NCBI GenBank assembly: GCA_028023455.1
Contig: JAQFVV010000002.1
Coordinates: 5,208,001 to 5,272,000, forward strand
From: Epiperipatus broadwayi
Lineage: Eukaryota > Animalia > Onychophora
Direction: 5' to 3'
Length of the DNA: 64,000 nucleotides
Shown: positions 27,330 through 41,570 of the stretch, one piece after another
Layout of the letters: every line of letters starts with the position of its first letter
Numbering within the stretch: the stretch's first letter is position 1
Made by a program: the position numbers and the translations under genes
Notes under the pieces: model-generated
What the model saw: only the letters and a program-made list of their open reading frames with translations
The model's database searches: none
Told to the model about the DNA's origin: nothing

Positions 27330-27990
27330 CATCATTATTTTCATTCATTATTGATTTACTGCAGGATAAAGATCTCTCCAAATTCAATCCAACTTCCTTG
27401 AGCTCCAGCCTCTTTTCTCCACATAATCCTAGCACACTTTCTTATTTCATCCATCCATTTTTCTAGTTTATTTACAATCTCTTGGAATCCAGTTTAAGAT
27501 TTCAACTGTCCATCTATTCTCACCTCTTCTAGCATTATGTCCAACCCAACTCCATTTCTGTCTTAATTCTATTTAATGATATCAATAACACCTGTTTATT
27601 ATCTTACCCATGTATTTTGTTTATGACTTTTTTGTTACTCCTTACATGTATATCCCCATACTTCTTTGAGTACTCTGAAATTTTTGTATTGCTCTTCTGT
27701 TAAGTGTCCAAGTCTCATATCTATAAGTAGGTACTGGTAAAACACATTTATTAGAAATGTTTTTTTTTTTTCAAACACATACACATTTTATTTTAAGATT
27801 AAGTTATTCCTATCAAAAACAATCCAACCTAGTTTAATTCTGTGATTAATTTCACTCATTATGTTTCCATTTTGTAATAATAATCTGACAAAGGTGCTTG
27901 TTCTTGTTAACTTCTTCTAACTCATCATTATCAATCTTTATTTATTTTTATTTTTTTTTTGAGAAAATCCACTGAACATTACTTTAGACT
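27330..27990 (-). mobile_element. 5'-truncated RTE copy
   Basis: Reverse complement matches about 1560-2230 (tttacaatctcttggaatcca = rc of tggattccaagagattgtaaa; ctgcaggataaagatctctcc). Confidence 0.85.
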
Positions 27991-28199
27991 TTTCAACATT
28001 TATTTTTAATAAAACAAAAACAATATCTGATTATTTATGTAAAAATAATCTTATTATAAATGACTTTTATAAAAAAAAACATTCTTTGTTTGGATAAACA
28101 ATAAAGTGAATATGGAGAATCATAAACAATTTTTTAGATGTGTTCAATGATTAATAATAATAATTGAATAATTAGTCAGTTGAATGGTATAAAATGTTT

Positions 28200-28270
28200 G
28201 AGCCCTGAAAGTGAAAGAGTTGAATTGTGACTTTTATGCGATCTTAGTTCTTGAGTCTACCACTCTACTA
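28200..28270 (-). mobile_element. Possible decayed tRNA-derived SINE head
   Basis: Minus strand: TAGTAGAGTGG (A-box-like), then AATTCAACTC (B-box-like) about 35 nt later. Confidence 0.3.
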
Positions 28271-30120
28271 ATGCATAAATCATGCCAGATCCAATAAGAT
28301 TAAAGAATCATTGATGGATTAAGACTGTACAGAGGATATAGTCATCTGTTGATAATGATTATTTCAGATCTTTTTTGATAAAGTAAAATATGGATCTCAA
28401 AAGTGGCATCATATGGTACCAATAGATAACACTGTTGTCATGATAATAATATTTTGAAAGATGAAGAGAGTATTTTGATGATATCTGCATTTAATTAAAT
28501 ATCTATCCTGTCAACTCATTTAGACTTGGATATAAATATTTAACTTGAGAAGATTAAGATTAGTTTTTGTATTATTAAATATTAAGATATTTTCTGTTTT
28601 TTCAATTTATAAAAAAAGATGTACAGAAAATATTATGGAATATGACTTTTAACCTCTATAGCAAAATATTTGCAAAAAAATGAATATGTTAGTGCTTGTA
28701 TTAATGAACATTTATTACACTTAGTGCAGTTTCAAAAATTCAAAAAGCAATGTAGTTAAAGTTTTTGAGGTCAGGAAAGTAGAAGAATTGCATTAAAAAT
28801 ATATGATTTATTAATTTATGATAGTGGTACTTATATTAGTTTACATATGTTTTTATAAGTAGGAATCAGATGTATTAGAGATTTAATAGTGAAATTGTCT
28901 TATTTTAAATAATTAAACTTTGTTTTCTTGATTCTTTAAATTTTTAGGATGCTCATGATTATGCTAATCTTATCATTTCAAAACATGATTTATAGAATGC
29001 TCTTGATGTTTTGAATGAACTTATAAAAGTTGATTTAATATCTACATTTATTAGCCAATGGTGGGGGGAAACTGTATGGATATCAGTTTAATAATCTATG
29101 TTTAAATACCAGTACAAAAACACCTGAATGCTGAGATATAACACATTATCCAATGTTTTATTATGCATGAACTACTTTATACTTCATAATAGTGATATAA
29201 TAATTTCCTCTTTATTATATATATATATATTGAAACAAAGATGTTCACGGGTTGTATATATAAAATACATATTTTGTGGGTTCATCCGCAAAATATGTAT
29301 TTTATATATATGTAGGGTTGTTATTTTGTCAAATTTATTGAATGAAGTAAAAGATATACATTTTGTTAAAGCAAAATAAATCCTTGGGTAAACTTCATTT
29401 AAAATCATTTCATAGTATTTTTAAAACGTAATGGCAAAACCACAGCATAAATCAAAATAATTTTCAATTTTTTAATGTGATATAATTGAATTAAAAACCT
29501 GGTGGGATATTTTATTTGATTGACATGTAAAAACAGACTTTCTATAAAAAATATTTTATGGTAAATTTGATATGGTTTACACTGATTCAATTCATTTTAT
29601 GAAGATTACATCAAGATATTCTAAAAATATTGATTGTTTCCATTAGCGAAAAATACATCAGTTATAGTTAAGCAAATCATTGAAATTTGTATCAATAATT
29701 TATTTTATTTTTTTTTGCAGAAGAACACTGTCTCATATGTATGGACATGTTAATGATAGGGTCATTGCAAAACTCATATTTAACTTTGTGTTCTTTCTCT
29801 CTTTTTTATTCTTACAGTGATTATAAAAATTACTATCTTATTAAAAAAAAATCATAGTCACCCAGCATTTTAATCAAATTATTAAATAAGATCAGTTATC
29901 AACTAAAAATAAATAAATATGATTTTATACTTCACTCATAGGGTAGTTTGCCATGGAAATAAAGTATTTCTAGCCTGCTCCTGGCAAAAAAAAAATCTCA
30001 TTAAAACATAAAAAAATTATAATCATTTTTTTATATAGTCTGTACTTTATATATATATAAATTAAATTTTTATCACTGAAAATTAGTTCATTTTTTTTAA
30101 CCAAAAACAGAAATTAATCT

Positions 30121-30760
30121 TTAACCTTTGAGATTATATGGCAAGTTTGAAAAAGTTTAACAGGTTAAATATTTAGAGTGGAGACACAGCAGCAGTCAAT
30201 AATTCGTTGAATTTTTTTTTTTTTTAAAGTGCGGGAAAACTGAATAGACTATGCATGTGGCTATACCATCAGTCTCTGCATTTTTTTCTCTTTTGATAGG
30301 TATGCATCATATTTTTCTTGGACAAAAATGATTTGTTTATTATTTTATTTATAAATTAAGCCATTTATTATTATTTTTTGCTAAATTTATTAAATTGTAC
30401 AGAAAAAATAGTATGTAGAAAAAACAAATGGCAGAAATGAATTCAGAAACAGATTCTACCAGCTCCAATGCATTTACAATTTCTAGGCCCTGTGATTTTG
30501 AGGATAGTGTTATGTCTAGTGAAGAATCTTTTAGCTCAACATCGGAAGAAGAAGAAACCCCATTACCAACCAAAAGGCAAAGAAAAAATTAAAATGTACC
30601 TGCAAAAGTTAGCAGTACACCAGGCCCTTTGTCCAGTAATAATAATATGGCTCTGAATGTAATTGCAGAAAAGGTAGATGTGGAAAATTTTACAAAGACT
30701 CCTGGTTTGAAGTTCCCTATTCTATTTTAGACTTTTTTAATTTATTGTTCTTTTTTTCCT
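30121..30760 (+). mobile_element. Probable piggyBac-like transposase 5' remnant
   Basis: TTAACCTTTG at ~30121 resembles a TTAA-CC(C/T) terminus. An acidic N-terminus MAEMNSETDS...SSEESFSSTSEEEETPLPTKRQRK continues in frame past a stop to ENFTKTPGLKFP..ILDFFNL, like the PGBD F...PG......F.LF motif. No right TIR found. Confidence 0.45.
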
Positions 30761-31957
30761 TACTTTTTTAATGGCAATCATTATTTGTCTTAGCCTTATT
30801 GTTTTCCTTTGTTTTTCTAGTTTCTATCAATGTAAAGCTGTTTGCTCTAACATTATGAAAAGTGAAGTTATTGTGAAAATTGTGACTCAAGTCAGTTTTT
30901 TAAAAATTCAGTATGGTGTCAAGGACATTAATTAAATGATAAAGAAAATATCACACGAACTTTTTTTTTTTTTTTAAATTTAAGGAATATGTGTATTTTA
31001 AAATCTGCTGCAAATTCTAAAAAACTTATTTTTGATTTAAAGTTGCTTAATTTTTTGTTAATTATTCTTTGACCATAATAAATTAAGTTCAGAGAAGTAT
31101 TTTTTAAAAAAAGAAAACAACTTTCAATTAAAAAGGATTAAAAATAAGATCACTTTAAGAACATTGTGAGTCCATAAACTTTTTCTTTTAATTTTAATCT
31201 TTTACCATCTTTGCAAGATTCATACAGTGATGTCTTCTCTAAAAGATTGACCACTGAAATAAATATGCATATATGAAAAAGAAAAATATTTTAAAATGGC
31301 CCACTATGAAATCAAGCTCTTTCTAATTGAAGGAAAACTATTAATCATCAGATATACTAGTTGTCAGTTGAGATTTAAGCAATTATCCTTACTGTATTCA
31401 CTAAGTGAAAAAGTTAGCTACTCATTTACTGACCAATATTTTATTTAGCTACATTGGCTGTGGACCAGAAATTAAAAAAAATATATCAAAAAAAAATTTC
31501 AGTTAACCAAGCTTTGAATCCAAGTTACAGATAGGCGTGGCAAGCAAATATAGTCTCACCATTAGAGTTTTCATATATATATATATATAATTCATGTCTA
31601 AATGTTAAGACAAATTTTGTTAAAAGGTTAGTATCTATGATTATCAGGTGTTATTGCTTAATCATTGTATTTTACTGTTTAATTATTTACATCTCTTTAG
31701 GCAAAAATCTTATATCTGTATAAACATTCCAAAATAAAAGATTTTTTGCACATAAAATTCTGAATTAACAGCTATGATATCCACCAATTAAAATTGGTGA
31801 TACAAATGGAAATCTTGCATAGCCAGCAATAACAATGATATTTTGTTGCTTTTAGTTTAATGTAATTTAAACAAAATACTATTATTATTACTAAATTAAA
31901 TGGTTTCATCTACCATGACCCACTTAATTAATAGTTATTTATTTACACTATACTTCA

Positions 31958-32054
31958 AATATTTACATTTATATTCCATGAAAATCTTTAAATTAAAATG
32001 TTTAAATTAATATATTAATTTAAAGATTTTCATGAAATATAGATGTAAACATTT
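31958..32054. repeat. AT-rich inverted repeat (~39-bp arms, 18-nt loop)
   Basis: aatatttacatttatattccatgaaaatctttaaattaa versus ttaatttaaagattttcatgaaatatagatgtaaacatt, 3 mismatches. Confidence 0.8.
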
Positions 32055-32422
32055 AAAGTATAATGAAAAATTTCTGTGTAATAATTTAGATTAAAGTTAC
32101 AAATACTATGTTAATTCTGTATAAATTAATTTTTGTTGAAATAAATATTTATTTTGTTTGAACAAAATAAAAATAAAAACTTGGATTGCATAAAAATATT
32201 CAAAATTTTTTTGGTTGTTTTCTGCTTTATTAATTTATGTATATCATATATTCATTTTAAACTGCACATAAATATATAATATATTTAGATAAAAAAAATT
32301 TAAATAAGAAATTCAGTAAATACTAAATTATTTCACTTTTTAAAAAATCTGAAGAAATAAATAAAAAAAAGTTATTCATTATTTTTTCTATCAGAAAAAA
32401 ATTAAAATTTTGAGATGAACAA

Positions 32423-32785
32423 AAAGGCTGATCTTTAGTTTATTACAATTTATAAACATAGCGTTATATAAAATAAATGCCTCATTTACATATGTTTAGT
32501 TTCATTTAAGAATGATGTTTCATAAATTCTAGATAATTTAGTGGGCATCATTCATTCACACATAGTAAAAAGTAATTTAAAGTGAGTGATTTATGCTCAC
32601 GCTTTCATTTCCAGTGCTTAAGATTTTCCCATATATAAGCATTTGGGTTGAAAGAATAGATGGATTCATTCTATTCTTTCAAAAAGACTTTATCTTGTGT
32701 TGGAAATGAAAGTATTCATTTATTAATATTAATATTCATAAAAAGTCCATGTACGTTAGCTTGAAAGGCTGATCTTTAGTTTATT
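32423..32785. repeat. 319-bp segment bounded by a 22-bp direct repeat; pieces recur at 35548-35652
   Basis: aaaggctgatctttagtttatt at 32423-32444 and 32764-32785. 35548-35611 is the reverse complement of ~32720-32780, and 35612-35652 is a direct copy of ~32447-32487. Confidence 0.75.
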
Positions 32786-33989
32786 TTCAATATTGATATT
32801 ATTAATGTGCATGGTCATATAAAACACATTATCAAATTTTTAAGACTCATAAAATGTTTATATTTTTTAAATAAGAAAAATTAAAACATACTAATACTTT
32901 ATTTTCATAACTTTTATTCTTGAAAATATGACAGATATATATAATATTGTGAAATAAAGTATAAATCATTAACATATATAATATACATCAAAAAGTTTAA
33001 TTCTATTAATTGTTGCAAGACAACTTTAAAATCTCTCTTTAACTTCTTAATGCATATTAATTTATAAAAGAAAGATACAATTTGTAATCAGATGTCATTT
33101 TTTTGGTTCTTAAGATTTTCAATATGTTGATGATTGAATTATTTTTGCCAGATCAAATGATAAAATATAAATAAATGCAATGTATAAAGAATTAATATTA
33201 AAAACGTAGGTACTTTGTTATTAAGCCAATTTGAAAAAGATTTTCTATAAAAAAATAAGTACTAAAATTATATAATAAATAATCGATGTTGTTCTACATA
33301 TTAGATGTCAAAATAAATTGTATTAAAGGAATGCAAGTTGTTATTATAAGTTAATGTTTGGTCATATATATAATTTATAATGCTGATGGGGCATAATTAT
33401 TGAATAAATTTGAATTAATTAGATGAAAGCATTCAAAAGCAGAAAAAGTAAATAAAAATAATATAATATTTTTATCATTGTAAAAAAATATTCTTTAAAT
33501 TAAATATAAAATACATAATAATACAAATTAATTTTATCAGTAAAAGAGTCATATATAATTTTAATATATATATATATTCACTTTTTAAAGTAAATTCATT
33601 TTGTCAAAAGTTATTCATTATTTATTTTGTGTAGGTTAATGTTTGTCAAAATAAGTTCTATTATTTATTTTCTTTGAACTAAAAAAAGAAACTCAGTAAA
33701 TGTTTTATAAAGTTAAGTTGTTTAAATTTTAAAAGCTCTTTTTTGTTTATTCTAACTTCTAAAATAAATAACTATATATATAATTGGCATTAAGAAATTA
33801 TTTTAATATACAAATACAAATATGTTATCTAAATTTTAAACTTTACAGTTTTTTAGTGCAAAATTCCTGAATTATATTTTACAGGTGTATCACTTAACAA
33901 TTTGCAGAATAGTGAGAGATATATTGATTTTACAATAAAGTAAAAAAACAAAAACATTTTAATATGCTTTCATTTGGAAAATATTGTTT

Positions 33990-35250
33990 CCTGTATTCAT
34001 CTGGCTATGCATGTAATATAGGGGAGTTGTTTCCATAGCCTCTCATCATTTGGTGGGTTTGTCATCATTTTGTTATAGAACTTTTTCACTGTCCTTGTAA
34101 GAGTTCTATATTTGAATCCTACATGGCATAAATTGTATAGATATTTCTCAATGTTGGTCTTATAGGTGGCTTCCTCTTTACATAAATGGTGGTTTCTATA
34201 GAGAAATGATATTAGACTGACATATTTGTACATTTTGGGAGAGTTGTATTCAGAATGCATATTTTGTAGTTTAAATAAATGCTCCTTTCTCTGCACATGA
34301 ATGTTAGGAATTTTAGCTCCTGTTGCTTGTCTTCCTATGCAAATGTCCAGGTTAGTGTGGCCTTTGCCTCTAGTTCCAGTTTAACCTTGTTGATTTGGAG
34401 CTCTGAAGTGTATATAAATACATTGGTGACATATTGTGCATATGTTAAGCTGAGGATGTTCTCGATGTGACTAGGGAAGATCTGGTTTTCAAGACTATTG
34501 AGTTATATGCTCGATATAATTCTGCTTATTGGCAAACTTATTGGGCATCCATCTTCCATGTGGTAATACTTTCTGTTAAAGAGGGCAATGATGTTTTGAT
34601 CTAAATAATTTAGGTTTTCCGTTATGAAATTGGTTTGCTTCTGCGAGTAATTGGATTTATTAAGTTCTGATTTTAAGATATTGATGCACTGCTTTCTATT
34701 TATAGCTCTGTATAGTTCTATCATATCATGAGAAGCTATTTTATTTTAGAATCCTAATTTTGTTTACAAATTTGAAGGATAATTTGATGATATATGATCT
34801 GTACTCTAGTTGATTGGTGAGCCACTGGTTTATCATTTTGATGTTTGCATATCTAACATCAGCCTAGGAATGGTATCTGGTTTATATAATTTAATGTTAG
34901 AAAATATCCATGGCATGGTGGAAATATGGATAGATCTTGTAGTATTCACCTTTACTGAACATGGAATTGCAATGTTTTTGCAAGATTTCAGTTCTAAATT
35001 TGTCTTTATTTCATTTAATATTATTGTCAGGTAAAAGATTAAATTTAAATTTGTTGATTTGGACTTTCATTTTGGCCATGTAATTAATGTTATTAAGTAA
35101 GAAAAGTCAATTTTCTTTGTCTTTTTTTTAGGTATCTGAGAGAAGTAAAGTTTTTTTAATCATCTATATTATTTTGTCTTCTTTGAAAGTGATAAATTAA
35201 ACATCAAATAAATCACACTTCTTGATAAAACAAATTAAAAATAATATTTT
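33990..35250 (-). mobile_element. Decayed Penelope-like reverse transcriptase
   Basis: KKDKEN (DKG motif), IYPYFH, DMIELYRAI, IALFNRKYYHMEDGCPISLPIS (F....Y.Q..G.PMGSP.S), QYVTNVF (YVDD), then a thumb region. Confidence 0.75.
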
Positions 35251-36772
35251 TATCACTTTTTAATTTATGATTTTTAGCTTTCTGAATAAGATAATATCAA
35301 ATTTACTATTAAAGAAAACGAATGGTAATAGATTCTCCTCAATTTTCATAAGGAAGGTAGACATCATTTACTTATAAAGATTGTATATTAATAGCTTTTA
35401 TTAGAAATATATGGCTGGTTTAAGAATACAGTAAAGATAATATGAAAAGATGCTGAGATCTTTTTAAAAACTAGTGTATAACATATGCAACATATTTGGT
35501 TTTCATGAATTGGTTTGTATTGTCTTTGCAAAACTCATTTAATACATTAAAGATCAGCCTTTTCAAGCTATTGTGCATGTGCTTTTTATGAGTGTTAATA
35601 ATAAATGAATAAATTTATAAAACATAGCGCTATAAAAATAAATGCTTATTTAAAACTCATTTAAATTTTTTGTCCTTTTATCACTGTTCTCTTTTTTTCA
35701 AACTTAGAATAATCATATGCAATAATAAGTAATTGTGAATGAATCAGATATAAGTTGATCAATGATTTATTACACACACGAATACACACACCCACATATA
35801 TATATATATTGAAACCATAAACTACCAATATAACTTGCATGGGAGATGGAAGGGTGAACAAAAATATGCTGCTGATTCTGGGAGCAAATGTTGATTACAG
35901 TTAATGATAAGAATGATAGGAATAAGAACTAAACAATATATTGTACTATCATCAAAGATATTATAAAGAAGCCTAGCTTAGATTAATGTGTAAAATAGTG
36001 ATAAATAATAAGATCTAATAATAATAAACTATTGTTACAATGAAATTTAACTAATAATGAGATTATGTGTGGTTACATGTAAATATGTTTCAAAATTAAA
36101 CACGTACCAAATTAGACTAACAATAACTAACAATAATGAAAAATTTTTCAATTTGTTTATAAAATAATTTCTAATTTCCGAAGTAATAATATTAAGATAT
36201 GTTTTAATAACTATTACTAACTCTAATTTCTTATGATATAAGTAATTTCTCAGGGTAAATTATCTGTCACTAAAATAATGATGGAGAACCAGATAATTGA
36301 ATTGCAAAAAGATTTTGTTGGTATCCCACGATTCACAAATAATAGAAGAATAATCCTTAAATAATAATAATAATTCATACTAATGCTAAAGACTGTATGG
36401 TTATAATTGTAAATAAGAATAATAATTTGTATAACTTCTTATTCTTATTACTGTGCAAATAGTAATGATAACAATAAAATAATTATTTTATTATATTTAA
36501 ACTAATAATGGTAATAATTATACCTCATATTTTGATAACATTAGCCCTGCTGATAATAAATCATCTCTTATAATGGAATAATAAAGCCAATAATATTTGA
36601 ATCTATGACAATGATAGTGATATCCATGTAAAGCTCATTCTTACATCTCTGAATAAGTACAACTGAGTTCAAGTACCAAATTTAACAATATTTGGGACAC
36701 TTAAGACATTTAAGTGGTGTTATGCAAGTTTATTCCACATCTTAAAATAATAATAAACTCTGACAACAACTT

Positions 36773-36832
<60 letters not shown>

Positions 36833-36846
36833 CAATAACAACAACA
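36773..36846. repeat. Compound (CAA)n(AAT)n microsatellite
   Basis: Directly visible. Confidence 0.9.
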
Positions 36847-37467
36847 GTAAACTCTAGAAGAGTTACTTCAAGTTTTCATAGATCTCCATGTTTGAACCTA
36901 GAAAAATTCTCAAAATGCACTTATTTCAAGTAAGAATCAAATATACATAAATATTAAGTACAATTTAACAAGTGAAAATGGCTTTTCTTTGACAAAAATA
37001 ATTAATCACAGAAATATCTCAGAAAACAAACATTTTCTAAATGATAACATCTAAATAAAGTCAGACACCAAGTCATGTGACCTGCAGTAAATCCTCCAAG
37101 AGCTAGTTCAAAGTTTCATAAGTTTCCATGTGTGAATTCAGAAAAAAAAAAAATGCATGTTTTTCCAAGTAAGAATGAAATACGTAAAAATATTAAATAC
37201 AACTCAATAAATTGGAATAACCTACACATAATCAATAAAAAATGAATATTTTAAAATAATAATTACTATGCTGCAAGATATGAATTCAAACATAGGAAGA
37301 CATAACTCTCTTACATTTTAACCTATAATTATATGACTATTTATATCAATAATTCTATACATTTTAAATGAAGAGAAAAAAATAGCAATCATAATGGTAA
37401 ATATAATTAAACAATATGAGTAATAGTCTTTAGATATGATCTTTCTAAAATAGTACCACAGTTCTAG

Positions 37468-37650
37468 TGTTTATTTTTTTAAATTGTGATCAGATGATGT
37501 TTTATTATTTTGGAGAAAATAGAAACATCATGAAAAGCTATGAGATTCAAAACACATTTTGTTGATTTTGATATTTTCCAAATTATCTTTTCATTTAACA
37601 GATATTTGATCTATATAAGGTTATGAGTGTGAAAACACTAATTTATATAT
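37468..37650 (+). repeat. ~183-bp segment duplicated at 41626-41808
   Basis: Near-identical sequence tgtttatttttt.aaattgtgatcagatgatg...gtgtgaaaacactaatttatatat at both places. Confidence 0.93.
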
Positions 37651-40600
37651 TGTATGTATATGACTCATTTCAAACACATAGATATATTATTTATCTAAAA
37701 AAAAAAATTTCTTTTGGATATATAGATTTATGTGTGTATTTATTATTATATAGTCTATATAAATAGTTAATGAATAAGCAGTTGTAGAGAGAGAATGTAA
37801 TAATATTTAATATTGATTTATTGTATTTTCTTATTAAATAAGGTGTTAAATTATTTAACATTAATTTTGTTAAAATAAAGCAGATCAGTCAGTTTTTTTT
37901 CAATGTTATTGAAGGCAGTTCAATTTTTTGTTTGGAAGAGAGATGTGGCAGTCAGTTTTTTTTTTTAATGTTATGAAAAGAGAGTGAGCGATTTGATTTT
38001 TTTTTCACTCTTAACAAAAATTGAGGAAGAAAGAAAAAATGACTCTTGTTTTAAGGTCAGTATAGACGAAGATGTGTGTATATATAAGTAATTCCCAGCA
38101 AGATTAAGATAAAGAAGGAAAAATGAAGCAAAATTGAATTTATTGGAAGAAGTTATTAACAGTTCTATGAAATGATATTAATAAATTTTGCTGTGTATAA
38201 TATAATGAATTTGCATTGCTAAAACCATTCTTCTACTTCCTGAAATCCCCATCATGAGTTTGTTCACTAATCTGTCTATGGACTCATATACCAATCGAAT
38301 AGTAGCCAACAAAATGATCGAGTTTAAAGCCAATCACACAAGCTATTTGAAATGCTTCTTTTCTGGCTCCTGGTCCATTATAGGCTCATTACCTTTGGAT
38401 GGAGGGAGAAGGGGAAGGAAGAGGAAAAGAAAATTGTATAAAGGCCTTATAACTAGGTTTGATTAAGCTACCAACCAAATTTTTGTTAAAATTTTCTTCA
38501 TAGTCATCTAGTGTCTACAACAATTCTGTTTAAAATGGAAGAGACAAGCAAATCCACCAGTTCATACTTATCTAAAAGTATTTGAAATAACCCTTTTTGA
38601 AATGGTAGAAGCAAGCCAGTCAACGAATTCAGCATTATCAGAAGTATCAACAATAAATAATTTTAAAATTGAAGAAATAAGCAAGTCAATTAATTCATGT
38701 TTATCTTAAAAATATCTGCAAGAACTTTTCTTTTTTTTTAAATGGAGCAAAGACAATCAGTCTGAAAATTCAAACTTGGGACATTTATAAGAAGTGAAAG
38801 TAATCAGGTAACTATGAACTTTCTTTAACAGATCTTTTATTATTGCTTATTAAAAGTAAACCTTAATTTATTGTTCAAAGCATTATTTTTTTTTTTTGAT
38901 ACAGAAACATTAAGGGCTTGTTTATCGATAGTTATTCTTAATATCACATAACATAACACAAACACAGTTTAAATCTTTAAACTTAAATTTTCATTATTTT
39001 TTTTATTTTTTTTATATTATATATTGTAATATTGAAATGTTTTTTTTAAAATTGTTCTTTAGTTGTTATGATAATGAGCAACCTATAAATATATGCATTT
39101 ATAATGTTTTTTTGTTTTTTTTATCTTGTTGCATATTAAAATTGATATAATGTATTTTATTTTATTTTGCTAAAAGGTTGCAAGAATATTTTTTATATAT
39201 GTAATTTATGTATTAATCTCTAATATAGGGGTATACATTTTAAACATACATGTTAACATTACCGAATGTGTGCATGTGTAACTGCTTATACAAACACGTC
39301 AAAAGAATAGGTTATACATAATTAGTTTAAATATGAGAAATTATAAAGCAAGGCTTACATATGAATGGAAGTGAAATAAAACACAAGTTACATATGAAAT
39401 TTATTTTTATGATATAATAAGTTAGGAAAGTCTTAAGTAAGCATTCCATGAAATATATTTTTTTAAATGTCATTTTAAGCCAGCTTATTTTAAAATTATC
39501 CAAAATGACGAACTTGTATATAAAATTTTGTATTAGTTCTATATTGAATTAATGTAATAATAAGCCATTTATCTAATTAGTAAATTTGATTTTAAAGAAA
39601 GAAAGGAGAATAGTATTAATAAAATATAATTATATATTTTAATTGGTTTCCGAGTTATTATTAAAAATATCATGTTTGTCTTGTCTTGATTTTGTTGTTT
39701 TAAATCATCATCACCATTCGCAGATATTAAGAGTCATCATTCGTAAATACTGAGCAAGCATTCACAAATATTAAGAAAGCGCTCGCAAAATGTTAAGTAA
39801 ACTAGAATGTTGATTTACCTTTATGTATTTAGGTATTATGCTTGATAATAACCAAATTTTAATCATTCTAGTTCAACAATAGAAAGCTAAAATTATGTTG
39901 TGTCCATGAGTTTTGATCATCCTCATCAAAGATGGATATTGTATTATTGATTAAAACACCTTTTAAACATGGTACTGTACATGAGTTATGATCACCATCA
40001 TCATTAAATAAATTATAATCATTAAATCTAATGTTCAACATAATTAATATATTTAGTAAATAAGGATTTGTAGAAAGTTGAATATCACATAGAGATTCAT
40101 GATGATCAGTCATCATCACTAGTATTATTAAATCCTAGTTATAACTATAAAAGTATTTTAGTAAACAAACACAAACTTATATAAATGCTAGTGAATGTAA
40201 TAATTACCCCAGTTTAAAATAGGATAATTTTTAAAAATGCCTATAAGTTTATAAAGATAAATTTATTGTTGTGAGTTCATTATAAAGCTATGGCTGGTAT
40301 CATCATCACTATTATTATCATTATTATTATTATGATATTATGATCATCCTCATTATTATCATCATCATTATTAGCATTATATTGTGATAAATAATCTAGT
40401 TAAATGGCCATCAATATCAGTAATGGTCTTCACGATGTTTGTTTAGAAGCCATTAATAGGATTATACTTGTCTGTTCATCAATATACGTAAATGAGCTAG
40501 TAATGTCTATAAGAGTCTTGATGTATATAAATTTTTGGTGATATGGGGATCTTATGATTTTATTGACATAAGTAAAATATAAGAGTGTCATTTTTTTTTT

Positions 40601-41570
40601 CATTAGTCATCCAAGTCATGTGTGATAAAAATGTACTGAATGAGTTTGAACTCAGTACACTCTAAACAGATATTTATCTAGATTTAAAACAATCTAGTGG
40701 CGCTCGTGGAAAACATATGTACTTAGTTAAACTGAATAAAGAGTGATTTAATCCCTTTCCAACTTCATAATATTAACTTTATATAATATGTTTTATAAGT
40801 TGTCATGAATAGCACCAGTGTGTGTGTGTGACCATGAATGGTCTTATATGGTTGGAAAGAAGAATAGGAAGGATTCTTTGTTAAAAGAATCTAGTATTGG
40901 AGATAAGCATAATGCACTCCAGGAATCTTACAGTGGGTAATTTTATTCAGATGCTATATTTAATATTATTTTATTTGATGACAATGGTCAGTATGTTTTA
41001 TTGTTAAAATGACTTCCCCAATATCTAAATATTCTAAATCTTTAATGATAATAGTTTTAATTTTCATTGTTGTTATTTTATATGGAGAAATGTGATAATT
41101 TATTTATTTCATTATTAGCGTAACAGAGTTAATGTTTGAGATAGTTGCAATCGGGCTATAATGTTATATTTAATTAATTAGAAATAGACACCCAGATAGA
41201 GCATGATATGCATATATTCTTATTTATCTGTTAGCATCATCCTTATTTAATTATAAATTGTATTTTAGCTAACACAGTGAATTCATTTCTCATTTAATTT
41301 ACTCGGTTACAAATGATGAACCGCTGGAGCATATCATTATCCTGTTTAGTGTTTAATTATTGAATTATAGCAACTATCATTTTATCACTCATCAATATAT
41401 AGATTGTAATCAGTTATAAAAGTAACAGTCTTTTATCAACCTTTTGTCAGTTCATCTTTATTTATTCATACTGTTACAAATGGGGCAGATTCTAAGCATA
41501 TTATAATAATTAATAATTCGTCTATATTATTTTCTGTTACAAATAATATGAATATTTGTTATCTGTTACA

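Noticed and set aside
38230-38810. Coding-like, GC-richer stretch (GGRRGRKRKRK; S/E-rich frames)
   Set aside because: Multiple stops and no recognisable domain; could not be assigned.
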